In this document: one piece after another, positions 12,893 through 26,765 of the stretch | How positions within the stretch are numbered: position 1 is the stretch's first letter | Layout: every line of letters begins with the position of its first letter | Source of the DNA: Octopus vulgaris | Lineage: Eukaryota | Assembly (NCBI GenBank): GCA_951406725.2 | Contig: OX597818.1 | Location: 63,426,001 to 63,490,000, forward strand | Direction of reading: 5' to 3' | Length of the DNA stretch: 64,000 nucleotides | Program-made: the position numbers and the translations under genes | Notes under the pieces: model-generated | The model's database searches: none | Seen by the model: only the letters and a program-made list of their open reading frames with translations | Told to the model about the DNA's origin: nothing

Positions 12893-14909
12893 AATATATA
12901 AATCTGTCGTATTTCTACTAGTATAATTTTGTTAAATATCTCATTTAAAATTGCATTAACATATAATCCAAATTATTATATACATAGATGTGTGTATGTA
13001 TGTATGCATACATACCTACACGAACGAACACACAGACGTACACACTGAAAATCATAAATATAATTATTGCATCCTTGACTCCTACAATTTCACGGCTTTA
13101 AAAATGTTTGATGAAGATGAGTGGATTTTGAAAGAATTAAACGTGGTTTATGATGTGAACCTAAATATCCATTATTGACAAAGGAAATAGACGCAGCTTA
13201 TGAATTTCCGATTTCGCTTTTATTGAAGAGACAATCCCAAAATTGATACCAATATTCGACTTTCGAGTTTCCACATACAAATCTGGTAGATAGGAATTAA
13301 TCTAGGTCTCTGACCCTATCTAGTTCTTGAGCTAAATATTAATGGTACGTGTTAGTTAACATGAGCATTAAGATTTTTATTAGATAGTCTATGCCTGATA
13401 AAGGGATAGACATCAAACAATAATAATCTTCTGAAGAAGGTAGTGTCAATAGGATTTAATTATATTAGAAGTACTAAAATAATTCCCGAAACTTTGACCT
13501 TTGTTTTTCGGGTGAAAACTGATTTCGAATGCGAGCTACCATTTAGAATTTCCGGAAATAAAATATTCAGCAAAAGCCATTATACATGATTAACCTATGT
13601 ATCATTCAAAAATCCTCAGATGTGATAAATATCGACACTAGAGAATAAGTGGATGTGTGTGTATATATCTACATCTATATCTCTCTCACTCTCTCTCTTC
13701 ATATATATGTATGTGTGTGTGTATGTACGTATGTTTGTATTTACCTATGTGTGAAGGAAGGAAAGATGAGGTACAATAAGTTATAATTTACATAAATAAT
13801 TACATAAAGCGCTTAGATATAAAACGATGTGTCTAGAATTCACTATTAATAATTAGTCACAGCGTTTAATGTTTGAGACGTTATCCAATAAAGTATATAT
13901 TTGTTAGTATATCTAAAATTTAGCCTATTTCCCAAAATTCATTTCATTTCATATATTTATAACGAATATTTTTATTAAGATGTGAAAAAAGAAGAATTGA
14001 TAAAGATTTTCACAGTTTTTACGTGTCGAGAATATAGGAGTGGTTGCTATTCTTATTATTATTTGTATGGATATTATTTGATACAATCTTCTCCTTGTCA
14101 ATAATATGCAGTTATTTGAATAAATCGAAATTTGGCAATATCAATCTTGTTTCAGTTCCAACAGTAGACACCTGATATATAGATATAGAAAAGAACAAGA
14201 TGAAATAAATTGTTAGCTGACAAATAAAATTGGAAATGGTCATAATTTATTGATACAATAGATACAGAACGAAGATATTTTCCCGATTGTTTCTCGTGTG
14301 ATCAATATGAATGTAACCTTAAATAAACAGAAAGTTTCAAGTCATAAATTTTATGTGTATTAAGAAAAGATTTGACATTGTTTTCCTGACTGATGTACTA
14401 AAGTGGAACTGAAGCATAATAAGTTTGACAATAATTCGTTAATTGCTCCAACAGATATAGTCTAAATAAGAACGTCTTTCGAAGCAAGATTTTTATATTA
14501 AGTATTAATGCATTAAATGCATTTACGTGACTCTAACAAGGGATATGTGAAAAAAAATGTTGCATTAAATATATTCATTTTGAACTACAGCCAAATATCT
14601 GAGTAGAAAGTAATTGCCGATTTAATCAGATATTTCAAGTTTGACAGGAACATATTTTCTGAATTTTTGAGAGTAATATGTGTGGAGTGGAGGGCAGCTG
14701 AGGTTTTGAATTAGAGATATGTGTTTGTATAAATATAAGAAAAAAGGAAATAGATTTCTGAGTGCAAAAGAGACATTAGAATCCGTTACATTTTCATAAT
14801 AATATTCATAATAATAATAAATGCACTTTCGACAATAGGGTCATATATGATTACTTCTAATATTAATGTACTATAAACACGCACACACAAACACAGACAC
14901 ATACATACA

Positions 14910-14940
<31 letters not shown>

Positions 14941-14950
14941 GCATACATAC

Positions 14951-15017
<67 letters not shown>

Positions 15018-15110
15018 GTAAGTTTGAAAATGCAATTGCATTTTCAGACCTTCTTTCATATATAATACTGCTCGTGCGGTACCTTACAACTCCACTTTGT
15101 TATATTATAT

Positions 15111-15343
15111 TAAGGCGGCGAGCTGGTAGAAACGTTAGCACGCCGGGCGAAATTCGTAGCCGTATTTCGTCTGTTGTTACGTTCCGAGTTCAAATTCCGC
15201 CGAGGTCGACTTTGCCTTTCATCCTTTCAGGGTCGATAAATTGAGTACCAGTTACGCACTGGGGTCGATGTAGTCGACTTAATCCGTTTGTCTGTCCTTG
15301 TTTGTCCCCTCTGTGTTTAGCTCCTTGTGGGTAGTAAAGAAAT
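15111..15343 (+). mobile_element. SINE family B monomer
   Basis: Head, gtcgactttgcctttcatcctttc.gggtcgat domain and gtagtaaagaaata tail. Confidence 0.9.
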
Positions 15344-16029
15344 ATATATATATATATTCGTAGCAATACTACTAGTCATTTTAAATATTCGATGAGTTAT
15401 ATAACAATAATGCATGGTTGAGAGTTCACTAGCTTTTAATGTAATAAGTTATATTATCAATTAAAGAAGATAGAGCGAAATTTTTTTACTAGTTCTGGGC
15501 AACATGAAGGAGAATTCTCCGTCGTTGGGTTTACTGATAAAATCTTATACTTTTTTATGTTGAAATTGTTCTTTATAAATAGGTTTTATACGATCAAATC
15601 CTAATTGGTTATAAACTCAGTGGCGTCTTTTTCTTTCATTCGTCTGTGGTCCGGAAATATTCGTGGCTAAGTAACTGCACATGGGATTTGTTGTAGTCCA
15701 GTGTTCTGGTTGGTCTGCTTCTTGGTAACTTAATTTGTGTATCAACTGCTTCGTTCACTTTTGACCAATAGGAATCCACAGACATCTGGCATTCCGGTTG
15801 GCTGAGTTCCGTATGATATCACTTGTTTATCTAATGCCTCAGTCATATGAATCTATATCACTTTTTACCTAGGTGCCCCAGTTATCTGAAAGTGAGTTCA
15901 TCAAATGCTGTTAGGAAATGTGTAATGTGTAGTTGTAGACTAGTCTAAGATAATGTTGCAACTGTAGAAGGCAATCTGTTAGTTTCCTGGTCTTGGTTTC
16001 TAATCGTCTTTAGTTGAGTTGAATAAACC

Positions 16030-16500
16030 GAGTTTTCTCATTCTATCGTATATTGTTATAGATTATTTACTTCTGGCTTTCATATCTTCAATAACGTTTA
16101 ATTTTAAAATTCAGAATTGGATTGAAGTGTTCCCTATACATTCGTATAGTAGGAACATTTCTAAATCAAGATCCTTCTTCGTGGCGCACTATTCCAGATA
16201 TTTACTTATGGCTGTTATTCTAGTCATATGATCAGGAATCTGTTGAGGGTGTACAATCATTTAGGCCCTTGAAGTTAACCCTGTTTGTCGTGTAGAATCT
16301 CAATTACATCCCACGCCTCAATCGACTTTCTCGTTGCACAGTCCAAATGTCTACTGATGGGGAGTATTTACCCTAATATCAAATCACATGTCTATCTTTC
16401 CATGAGACTGGTTAAGATTCTGCAATAAGAAAGGTTGCTTTTTTTATTGCGTAGTATTTTGATTGGCGGGTGGTTTGGCGCGTGTAAAAAAACCCTTTTA
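16030..16500 (-). pseudogene. Decayed Penelope-like element, GIY-YIG endonuclease region
   Basis: Manual minus-strand translation gives LDCATRKSI...GCN*DSTRQTGLTSRA*MIVHPQQIPDHMTRITAISKYLE*CA...EMFLLYEC. This resembles PLE C.GC...YIGQTG..LR.R..VHRQQI...SEH...C. Confidence 0.55.
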
Positions 16501-17239
16501 GGAACTAAAATCGTTTTAGTTTTCATTAATTTATGTGTTTTGAGTACTTTTAAATTCGTAGGTCGTTCATGAAAGGAATTATATTTCTGATGGATGATGC
16601 TGCATGTTTTCGTGTTTCTTAGATTTTGTGTTTATAAAGAACTATTGAACATATCTAAGGGTTTTTCTTGTTTTTCACATTTCTCGGATGTCTATCGGTC
16701 GTCACATACCCTTCCGTTATTGGCTACTGCAACAACGTATTGTCTTTCGAGTAATCCATTTTAATTTCTTAGGAAATTTCTCCCCTTTTATTTCCTACAT
16801 TTACATTTATAAAGCTTTCAAGAAACTATATGTATAATATCAGAAAACTATATGTATAATTACGATATTTCTAAATTTTCCTGATTTTCTAATGTACGTA
16901 ACTATGGATTTCTTGAGCCAATGACATTTGGTTTGGTACATAATTGCTGGGATTTTTTTCTTACAGTTGAAAGGTGTGCACACATATAAAGGCAGAACAA
17001 TTGGTGGGGGTTAGTGTTATATATATATATATATATATATACATTTATTTATTTATATATTATACAAAAAATTCCACGTAAACCCGAAGTTTCTACCTTT
17101 AAAAACAAGGAGTTACAGCCTCTTTACTCGTGTGATTTTTTTGCTACCCTGCTAACTATTTATCTATTTTTTTCCGTGTTAATAGTAAACAAGGAAAAAT
17201 ACACTCATCTATTTATACACACACACACACACACACACA

Positions 17240-17290
<51 letters not shown>

Positions 17291-17517
17291 GTATATATAT
17301 ATATATGCATATATGTATAGATATGAAGGCACATATACATGTACATATATATATATATGTAAATATATATATACCTATATATATATATATATATATATAC
17401 CTATATGTATATATATATAAATATGCATGCACTTATACATGTATTTACATATATATGTGTTTGTGTGTTTTTATCTCAGAATGTGTAGCTTTTAGTACAA
17501 GCATGCAAACATATATA

Positions 17518-18662
17518 TCAGGTCATCGCATTGGTTCTGGCCGATTTTACCCTTTATATACTTGAATGAAATTTGATAGTATTCTAGAATGTCTAATAGA
17601 ATTGAAAATTACTTTTATGCATTTGTGTACATTTAAACTCATTAAATATTATTTTACAGAATAAAAATCTCTTTAAATAAACCCTTTCTAACATGGAAGT
17701 ATCGAAATAGCATTTGAGGCCCACAATGTTTTATGAGTACAAAAAAGGGAACTCTCCAGCCGAAGTGACTCGAAAGATACACTCAATTTTTATGGGAAAG
17801 AATGCTTGAATGAAAGAACTTGCAGAAGATGCTTTGCAAAAATTTAGAAGTGGAGATTTCAGCTTTGAAGTTGAAGATAAAACAGGATGCCCAGTTGAGT
17901 TTGATGATAAGCTCCTTGAGGCATTACTTGAAGAAATTCCTGCATTATCAGTTGAAGAATTAGAAATAATGTTTTGTTCAAACCATACAACTGTCCATCG
18001 TCATCTTCAACAAGATGGAAATGTTCATAAACTTGAAAAATATGTGCCCCATGAATTGTCCGGAATCAACCGCAAATCTCTCTTCTTTCCATTTTCGCGA
18101 ACTCATTTCATCCTTTTTGTATAGACTTCTTACTGGAAACGAAAAATGGCTCTTCTATCGAAATGTTAAACTTCGTAAACAGTGGCTTGGTAAAATGGGA
18201 AAAAACTCACCACAACCGAGTAGGGAACTTCGTGGGAAAAAGGTTCTTCTCTCTATTTGATGAGATTGCAAAGGAGTAATACACTTGTTACCACCTAATG
18301 CAACAATCAATGCTGAAGTCTACTGTCAGGCATCAGAGCGTTTGAACCAAGCTTTGAAAAAAAAACCCTCTTTAATGAATCGAAAAGGAGTGATGTTTCA
18401 TCAGAACTATGCCTGATCCCACACTGCAAAGATCACATCCCAGAAGATCGAAGAGCTTGGTTGGGAAAAAAATTCCTCATCCACCTTATTCTCCCGACCT
18501 TTCTACTGCAGACTACCATTTGTTGCGTAGTTTTCAGAATCATTTGAGGGACATAACTTTCACAAGCCAGGAGGAGTTCGAAACTAATTTCCAATTAAAT
18601 ATAACATTTGATGACTGGTTTTCTTTATTCAAAATTCGAACAGAACTTATGGGATGACCTGA
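17518..18662 (+). mobile_element. Mariner (Tc1/mariner) DNA transposon, inactivated
   Basis: TIRs tcaggtcatcgcattggttctg / cagaacttatgggatgacctga flanked by TA. Broken transposase from ~17693 with YVPHEL, LLTGNEKW and PHPPYSPDLSTADYHL motifs. At 1145 bp it is shorter than a typical ~1.3 kb mariner. Confidence 0.93.
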
Positions 18663-20721
18663 TACATGTATGTGCAGTTATACTTATTTGAAGACATAGA
18701 TATCATTCCATGTGTTAACGTACCTCTCCTACCTTACATATTTTTGCACAACTACTGTTATGTACATGCATTTATTATATGCTAAACACGTTTTCCGTAT
18801 TTTAAGAATTCTATCAATGCTACGCAACTACAATGCCTTTATTAGCCATGTCCATTTTGATTTTCTGTAGCACATCTTCCCAAATTTATTGCCGACGTAG
18901 TTAGTCACCTGTACAAGTAATACGATAGAATTACGGTATGGTTGTATGTAGGTTATGAATGAATGATTGAATAAAAGAATGAATGCTTGTATATGGAATG
19001 CCAAACAATTTTCGTGATATGTATAACTGCATAATATAGCAAACGACAAAACGACGTGCCTAACAACTGATTAAATCAAAGCTATAATTACCATGTTTAA
19101 TATTGACATCAGATCAGTATTTATTATAAGAGTAGACTTTGATAATATCAATGAGTGTTTAAGTCAGTTCCTTGCCACAAGGTAAATTCCTGTATATATT
19201 CGCTAAGTTCTTTGATAAGCTATGATTCTTCATTTTACTTCAGAACCCACCTCCCCTACACACACACACACACACATGCTGCTTATTCTCTATACGACAA
19301 TGTACTTTTCCTATCTTTTCATATTATTTACCTGCTGCCATTGGTGATTATGAATTCTCAGCAAAGATATTCAAATATATTCTTAGTGTAAGTTGTATTT
19401 TAGTTCATCTCTATCTAAGAGTGCGGCATTTATAGTTGGTTGCGATATCTGATAATTTCAAGTGTCATTATTTTTATGATACGCATCAATATAGCATCCA
19501 TTTCTATAAATCAGTTTAATGTTTCCACCAACACATTTAATCCTGATGCAAACAAGAAAATCCTTAAAGAAAAATATTCAAAATTTTTATCACATGATGA
19601 TCTGGGACTATCGATCTTGTTTTTATCGGTGTATTTTGCGATAGGGTTTTGCTATCAACCTTTTACGCTTTTAGAGAAGTATATGGGAACTTATGGAATA
19701 AGAATTATATATAACTGCTTAAAAAACAGCAACTCTATGCATGAACTTGGTACAAGCCTTACGATATCCATTCCACGTATATTAGAATTTGCCGATACGA
19801 CGCTGCGAGGATAATATCACATACATCCTTTCAAGACTCCTAATTGCTGAACATATTTAGAGTGCACTCTTTATCTCTTACAGTACATTTAATGCGTTCT
19901 TGTCAAAGTTTACCTTCGACGTAAATGGTTTAAGCTATATTCTGATCTATAGAAAAATGATGCTTCCGTTTTGAAAGGAGAAATTGTTGTTGCGCATACT
20001 ATTCACGGCAGGTAGATCTCTACGTATCCGGTATTTGAAATTCCTGAAAATGATAGTATTTATTCTATTTTTGTATTTCTTTGCTTCAATGTATATATAT
20101 ATATACTTCTGTGCATTTTCCTAATCGTATTTAAGTTTAATGAAATTATGATATTCATTGCATTATTTAATGTATATTCTAGTTCTTTCGGTTTGTTCTT
20201 TATATTTTGTGTGTCCCTCTGGTTTTCTATTCATAATGGGCCAATTCAAATACCGCTTCAAATTTAAACTTATGTAAACTACAACGTAAATGTATGCTAA
20301 CACATGTATCAGTGACTCTATAAATAATTCATTATCAAAGAACTAATGGATGATAAAGTGACTAATTTCAAATCCAGCATACATAATTGAAACATATACA
20401 TACATTACTACATATCTCTTTGAAAATGAAATAGAAAAGGGATAACTAGGGACAACTGCTCCGAAATCTCCAGCTTCTCTGTAGAGGTTATAGTTTATAT
20501 TTATAGGAACAATAATTAGCACACTTGTCTTTATGACTGAATGCTTAACTGAGATTCTGAACAAGCTAGGATTTCCAGACGAAGAAATCAAGCAACTTAC
20601 TCACACATTGAAAAGATTCTCTTTTGGTGGAAGAATACAACAATGCACAATTTTTCTCATGCTGAAAATGTGATCACGTTTTTTTTTACCTATATTCCAA
20701 TGATTGAACTTCGCATTATTG

Positions 20722-20866
<145 letters not shown>

Positions 20867-21146
20867 GTGATACATACGTATATATACAGAGAAGAGCAAA
20901 ACTGGTTGAAGTGAATCATAAAATGCAAGGTTGGCGAAAACATTGTGGTTAAGTGGAAATTTGCATTTGAATTGTCATCTTGGAATCATAATACATGTTT
21001 AGGCTCACTGAAAAGTTCCCCCATCTGAGAACTGTCTATTCTGATATGTGGAGGTGGAATTTTAAAGGAAATGTCGAAATAAGTGGATGTATGAAATACC
21101 GAAATATTATTATAATATATATATAAAAGAAGGAACATATTAAATG

Positions 21147-21525
21147 GTATCGTGTTACACTGTCGGTTACTACCACGAGAGTTCCAATTGATCCGATTAA
21201 CGGAACATCCTGCTAGTGAAATTAACGTGCAAGTGTCTGAGCACGCTACAGACACGTGTATTCTTAACGTAGTTCTCGGGGAGATTCAGCGAGTGACAAG
21301 GCTGGCCCTTTGAAATACAGGTACATCAGAAACAGGAAGAACGAGTGAGAGAACATTGTGATGAAAGAGTACAGCAGGGTTCGCTACCCCACCCCCTGCC
21401 GGAGCCTCGTGGAGCTTTAGGTGTTTTCGCTCAATAAACACTCACAACACCCGGTCTGGGAATCGATACTGCGATCCTACAACCGCGAATCTGTTGCCCA
21501 AACCACTGGGCCATTGCGCCTCCAC
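21147..21525 (-). mobile_element. tRNA-derived SINE, family A
   Basis: Head gtggaggcgcaatggcccagtgg on the minus strand. 13-bp TSD aacatattaaatg (21134-21146 / 21526-21538). Confidence 0.92.
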
Positions 21526-21745
21526 AACATATTAAATGATGCTTTCATTTATTAGTGAGACGAGAGAATTGCAACAAAGAAAGATACTCTTCTAAAAACA
21601 ATGATCGTTACCGTTATCGATATTTTGTAGAAAGCAAGAAGAAAGAACGTATCGAATATACAAAATAGAAATACATTAGAAGGAATAAAAGACAAATGAG
21701 AGAATATTAGAGATTGATACAAATATAAATGTTTGTAGATTTGTA

Positions 21746-22175
21746 TACTCTTTTACTCTTTTACTCTTTTACTCTTTTACTTGTTTCAGTCATTTGACTG
21801 CGGCCATGCTGGAGCACCGCCTTTGGTCGAGCAAATCGACCCCGGGACGTATTCTTTGTAAGCCCAGTACTTATTCTATCGGTCTCTTTTGCCGAACCGC
21901 TAAGTGACGGGGACGTAAACACACCAGCATCGGTTGTCAAGCAATGCTAGGGAGACAAACATAGACACACAAACACATATACACACATATATATATATAT
22001 ATACATATATACGACAGGCTTCTTTCAGTTTCCGTCAACCAAATCCACTCACAAGGCATTGGTCGGCCCGGGGCTATAGCAGAAGACACTTGCCCAAGAT
22101 GCCACGCAGTGGGACTGAACCCGGAACCATGTGGTTGGTTAGCAAGCTACTTACCACACAGCCACTCCTGCGCCT
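21746..22175 (-). mobile_element. tRNA-derived SINE, family C
   Basis: Reverse complement of 9488-9903; tail ends in (gagtaaaa)n tandem repeats. Confidence 0.92.
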
Positions 22176-22858
22176 ATATATTATGGAAACTATAAGTGTA
22201 TCTTCGAAAGAGTAAAGAATAGCTCATTCCTAATAAAGTAAGCCGAATATATATTGACATGTTATTCTCTTTCGATAAAGCACTTCACAAAATATTCAAA
22301 TCTCTGTAGTGGATTTCAAACAAATTTACCAGACATATTTTGGATTGTAATTGACGAACAAGGAAAAAGGGACATACTCTGATCGAAAATGAGAATGCTT
22401 TTATTTAGCGTTTAGAGAAAACTTATACTTCTGGGTTGTGTACGGAGAATAGGTAACTTTCGCTAATATTAATGCCGTTGAAGTGGAAAATTTGTCGTTA
22501 TTTAACTGCCGCGTAATTTAATCAAATAAGCGTTAATAGTACGACGTGATAAATAAAGATGAAATACCCGTTGACTCTCTATCGCACGATCAGAAATTAA
22601 GCATTTCTAATGATATATTTAAGACAAATAGAAGAAAGCCTTGTCATCACTGTTAAAGAGTAGATCTCTAAGGATAAAACATAAAGCCAGGTGCATTTGA
22701 TTGAAATCGAACTCATGAGGATAGCAAACACAGGACATGCATAATTGATCTGACGATTTGTATAATCTTTCCCTGTTTATAAAAACAGATGCAGAAATTT
22801 CTTGTAAATAAGTGGTATTTTGATAAACAAATATTCCTGGATGGTATTTTCTAACAGG

Positions 22859-23086
22859 AAGGCGGCGAGTTGGCAGAACCGTTAGCACGCCGGGCAAAAT
22901 GCTTAGCAGTATTTCGTCTGCCGCTACGTTCTGAGTTCAAATTCAGCCGAGGTCGACTTTGCCTTTCATCCTTTTGGAGTCGATGAATTAAGAACCAGTT
23001 ACTCACTGGGGTTGATATAATCGACTTAATCCCTTTGTCTGTCCTCTCTGTGTTTAGCCCCTTCTGGGTAGTAAAGAAATAGGTAT
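22859..23086 (+). mobile_element. SINE family B monomer
   Basis: aaggcggcgagttggcagaaccgttagcacgccgggc...gtagtaaagaaataggtat. Confidence 0.9.
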
Positions 23087-23654
23087 CTCCTAACAGTGGC
23101 AACAACCAGGTGCTGACAGTGAACGAATTGGACAAGTATATGTTGAATTCTAACAAGCCACGTCATACATGCACTTTAATATCCTCTTTCTTTTTTCCTA
23201 TTGGAACCAAAACAACCCCGGTTCTGCGAATGCGTGAAATAGTCAAAACGCTTGGAATAATGCCATTTGTCATTTCATTTATATATGCCAAAATTAATCA
23301 ACAAACCTTTAAAGAATAACATTTTTTAATTCATAAATATTTTTGGCCAGGAGTCATATTGTCTCTATTCCTTTAAAATTATATCGTAATTTTTCAAAGC
23401 AAAATGTAATTAAAAATAAATTACATTTAGAAGGTTTTGTATAAGTGTCTTCATTTTGGTATATATATAATTAGCCTTAATGGGAAGAATACTCTAGTCA
23501 TATGTATGGCACTTGAGATGACCTATTTACTACGAGACATCTTTAATTCCTCAAGAATTTATATATTCGAACGCCGCAAAATCGAATTCAATGTGATATT
23601 TAGTTTAGTAAGGGAGGTAAAAAATCATACGATCTCCTTAATATTATTATTATT

Positions 23655-24045
23655 ATTATCATTCACTAGTTTTATTTTTATATCGTGCTTTCACTACACT
23701 ACCGAGCGCAGCTCTGTGTGCCTTCGGTATGTTCTGTGATTTGTTGTGATGCTCTGATGGTTATTGTATGGAAAGAGTTCTGCGTAGGATGTGTGCAGTG
23801 CCTAGTAGTGTAATTTTCTGTATGTTTTATGTGTTTGTAAGTCCTGGTGTTTTTGTTATGTATTTATCTGAATATTTTTTTTATCATGCCTAATGCACCT
23901 ACTATGATAGGAATTGTTTCTGTTTTTAGATTCCACATTCTGGTTACCTCTATTTCCAGGTCTTTGTATTTTGAGAGTTTCTCCATTTCTTTTAGGGACA
24001 CGTTGTCATCTTCCGGTATTGATACATCAATTAGAAAGCATTTTT
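23655..24045 (-). pseudogene. R4/Dong-clade non-LTR retrotransposon 3' fragment (REL endonuclease C-terminus)
   Basis: Minus translation KCFLIDVSIPEDDNVSLKEMEKLSKYKDLEIEVTRMWNLKTETIPIIVGALG...LLGTAHILRR; bounded by (TTA)n on both sides. Confidence 0.85.
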
Positions 24046-24047
24046 TA

Positions 24048-24083
<36 letters not shown>

Positions 24084-24169
24084 GTTATTGTTGTTGTTGA
24101 TGATGCTGTTGTTGTTGTTATTGTTTTTGTTGTTGTTGTTGTTTTTATAATTGTTATTATTATGCAATA

Positions 24170-24440
24170 GTAGTATTTTTATCACATGCTATCATTGCAC
24201 TACAGAGTGTACCTCTGTGTGCCTTGCATAAGTGCAGTGGTTTGTTGTGATGCCCTTATTTTTATTGTATTGAAATTGATTTACGTAGGATGCATGCATT
24301 GCCCAGTAGTGCTCTTTTCTATATGTTATATATTCTTGTTAGTCTTGGTGTTTTTCGTATGTATTTCTCTGAACATTTTTTATTATACCTAATGAACCTA
24401 CTATCATAGGAATTGCTTCTATTTTGAGACTCCACGTTGG
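24170..24440 (-). pseudogene. Second, more decayed R4/Dong 3' fragment
   Basis: Aligns to 23680-23940 (ctctgtgtgcctt...cgtaggatg...cagtagtg...cctaatg.acctactat.ataggaattg). Confidence 0.7.
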
Positions 24441-25644
24441 TAAAATTGGTGGGTGATTCTTCATTGAGGCATACTAATGATTTTGTATATTAAAAATTAA
24501 ATCCGTGAAATTAAGTCACCAAACATAGCAGAAATATATTACAAGTATTAACATATATGTAGCCGAGCTGGTAAAATGCATAAACCATGAAATAAGCAGT
24601 AGTGTGATAAGCATATTATTTTTGACAAATATGAATGTGCAGAGGAATATAATCACAAAATATTGTCTACCTAGGTTACTGTTAAATAAGCAATGCAGAA
24701 AATAGACTAGAAATAAAACATAAAGAATATGATAAATCTGTTGATATCTTAGGATTTAAACATGAATAGGACTCGCTTAGAGATGACTCAAGAACAGAAA
24801 TAACGACAGCATAGCTAACGTCTCAGATGAGTGCGTGGGATGACATATGATACAATAGATATGGCAGGGAACCCACTAGGATACATGAAATTAATCTTTC
24901 GGCTTAGGTAGTAGGTGTAATTTAAAGTTAATGAAACATGTGCCGAAAACAATAATAACGTTCGTTTGCGACGCAAAGGAATTATATAAGATAGAGAAAG
25001 GAAGAAAATAAAATTTTGTGCGATTATATGCTAAGCATTAATTTATGAGAACATAGTCAACGGTATGAATAAAGTGAAGGTTATATGAACAGACTATGGA
25101 GACTATGGACATTCTTGAATGGGCGGTTAAAGTGATATCTGTTGTCATGGAAATGCTGACAACTAAACATATCCGATGTGTGAAGAATTATTGGAATCGG
25201 AATAAGTATAGTAGACTCATAGAAAACTGAGATTTTCCATTTTGTAAATATCTTCGCCAAAATCCTCGAAAAATACGAAGAATTTTGTCGCTGAATGTCA
25301 TAAGAAACTTGCATTGGCGTAATCGATATTCATGGCAACAATCAGAATTTGTAAGAATATTGTAAATCACATAAAATATTGAAACAGAAATAGGAAAAAA
25401 ACAGAGGAGAATATGTGTGCAGAGTATTCGTAGAAAGTATCCGCTGCAGAGGCTGGTAAGCAATAATAAGGATTTTGAATTTTGCCACAAGGACAACAAT
25501 TTCGACGAGTGGATAAATCAATCTCAATGCTCAACTGGTATTTATTTTAACCACCAGGAAAGGATGGAAATAATAACGTTACGACGGGCGAAATGACGGT
25601 GAGCATTCCCTACGGCATGGTAAAGATTGTGCTGAATCCCCACC

Positions 25645-25752
25645 CTAATAATAATGACAATAAGAAGAACAACAGCAAGAATGATGAGTAGGATGATGAT
25701 GATGATGATGATTTTGATGATGATGTTGATGATGATGGTGGTGTTGTTGTTG

Positions 25753-25784
<32 letters not shown>

Positions 25785-25870
25785 GGTGGTGGTGGTGGTG
25801 ATGATGATGATGATGAAAATGATGATGACGACGATAATAATGATGATGGTGATGATAATGAAAATGATAA
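25645..25870. repeat. Compound trinucleotide microsatellite (AAT/GAT/GTT/GGT)
   Basis: Direct inspection. Confidence 0.95.
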
Positions 25871-25879
25871 AAACGAATA

Positions 25880-26765
25880 ATCACCTGGAAAAGGAAGTCC
25901 CTGCCTGGGCAGAGTAATAGAAAGAAAAGACAAGATCAACATTTGGAGATGGCTAAGAGAATGTTATCTGAAAGGATGCATCGAGGCATTGATATTCAGG
26001 GCCCATGAACAAACTCTGAGAAATAATTACACTAGGCTCCAAATAGAGCAGAAAATCGCTCCTTTGTAGGACGTGTGACAGCAAAAGCGAAACGATCTCT
26101 CATATTGTGAGTGAGTGACGCAAGCTAACCCGAAGGCTCTACATAAGGAGTCATAATAACGTCGTTAAGTTCGTCCACTGGAGGATATGTGAAAAGTAAG
26201 GCGCGAACAGAGCAGGGAAATGGTATCAATATGCTCTAGAAGGAGAAGGGATATAAGTTACTGTGGGATATAACAATCCAATGTGACTGTATTATCGATG
26301 CTCGGGAACCAGATATTGATGTGGCACATAAGAAGAAGAAAGGAAACCAAGATTATAGATATTGCAATGCCTGGGGATGCACGCATAAGTGACAAAGAAC
26401 TAGAAAACTTTGAAAAGTACAGCTTACTGGAAAACGAAATGGCAACAATGTAGAGTGTGAGGAGAGCGTCTGTCATTCCAGTAGACGTTGGGGCATTTGG
26501 AGCACTAAGAACCAAGTTCGAGAAATATGTAAGAGAAATCGGAATTGACATGAGAGCGGATCAAGCCCCCAAAGCAATTCTGCGCGGGAAGGTTTTGATT
26601 TAAGACTGGGACGTGGATGTCGAATGTTTTCCACGATAATTAAAAACCAAGAATTAAAGCATATAATGTGCGGAAAGAAACCCTGTCAGACCTCTGACAA
26701 GCATTTGTCCGCTCTCACAGAATCAATAAGACGAAAGAAAGCCGAGTGCTCTGAGACGTGAAGCA
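25880..26765 (+). pseudogene. R4/Dong-clade fragment: CCHC knuckle plus PD-(D/E)xK endonuclease
   Basis: WRWLR..YLK...EALIFRAHEQTLRNNY, CRTC...SETISHIVSE, SHNNV..FVHW, LLWD..IQCD...AREPDI...IIDIAMPGD...EKY; multiple stops. Confidence 0.85.
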
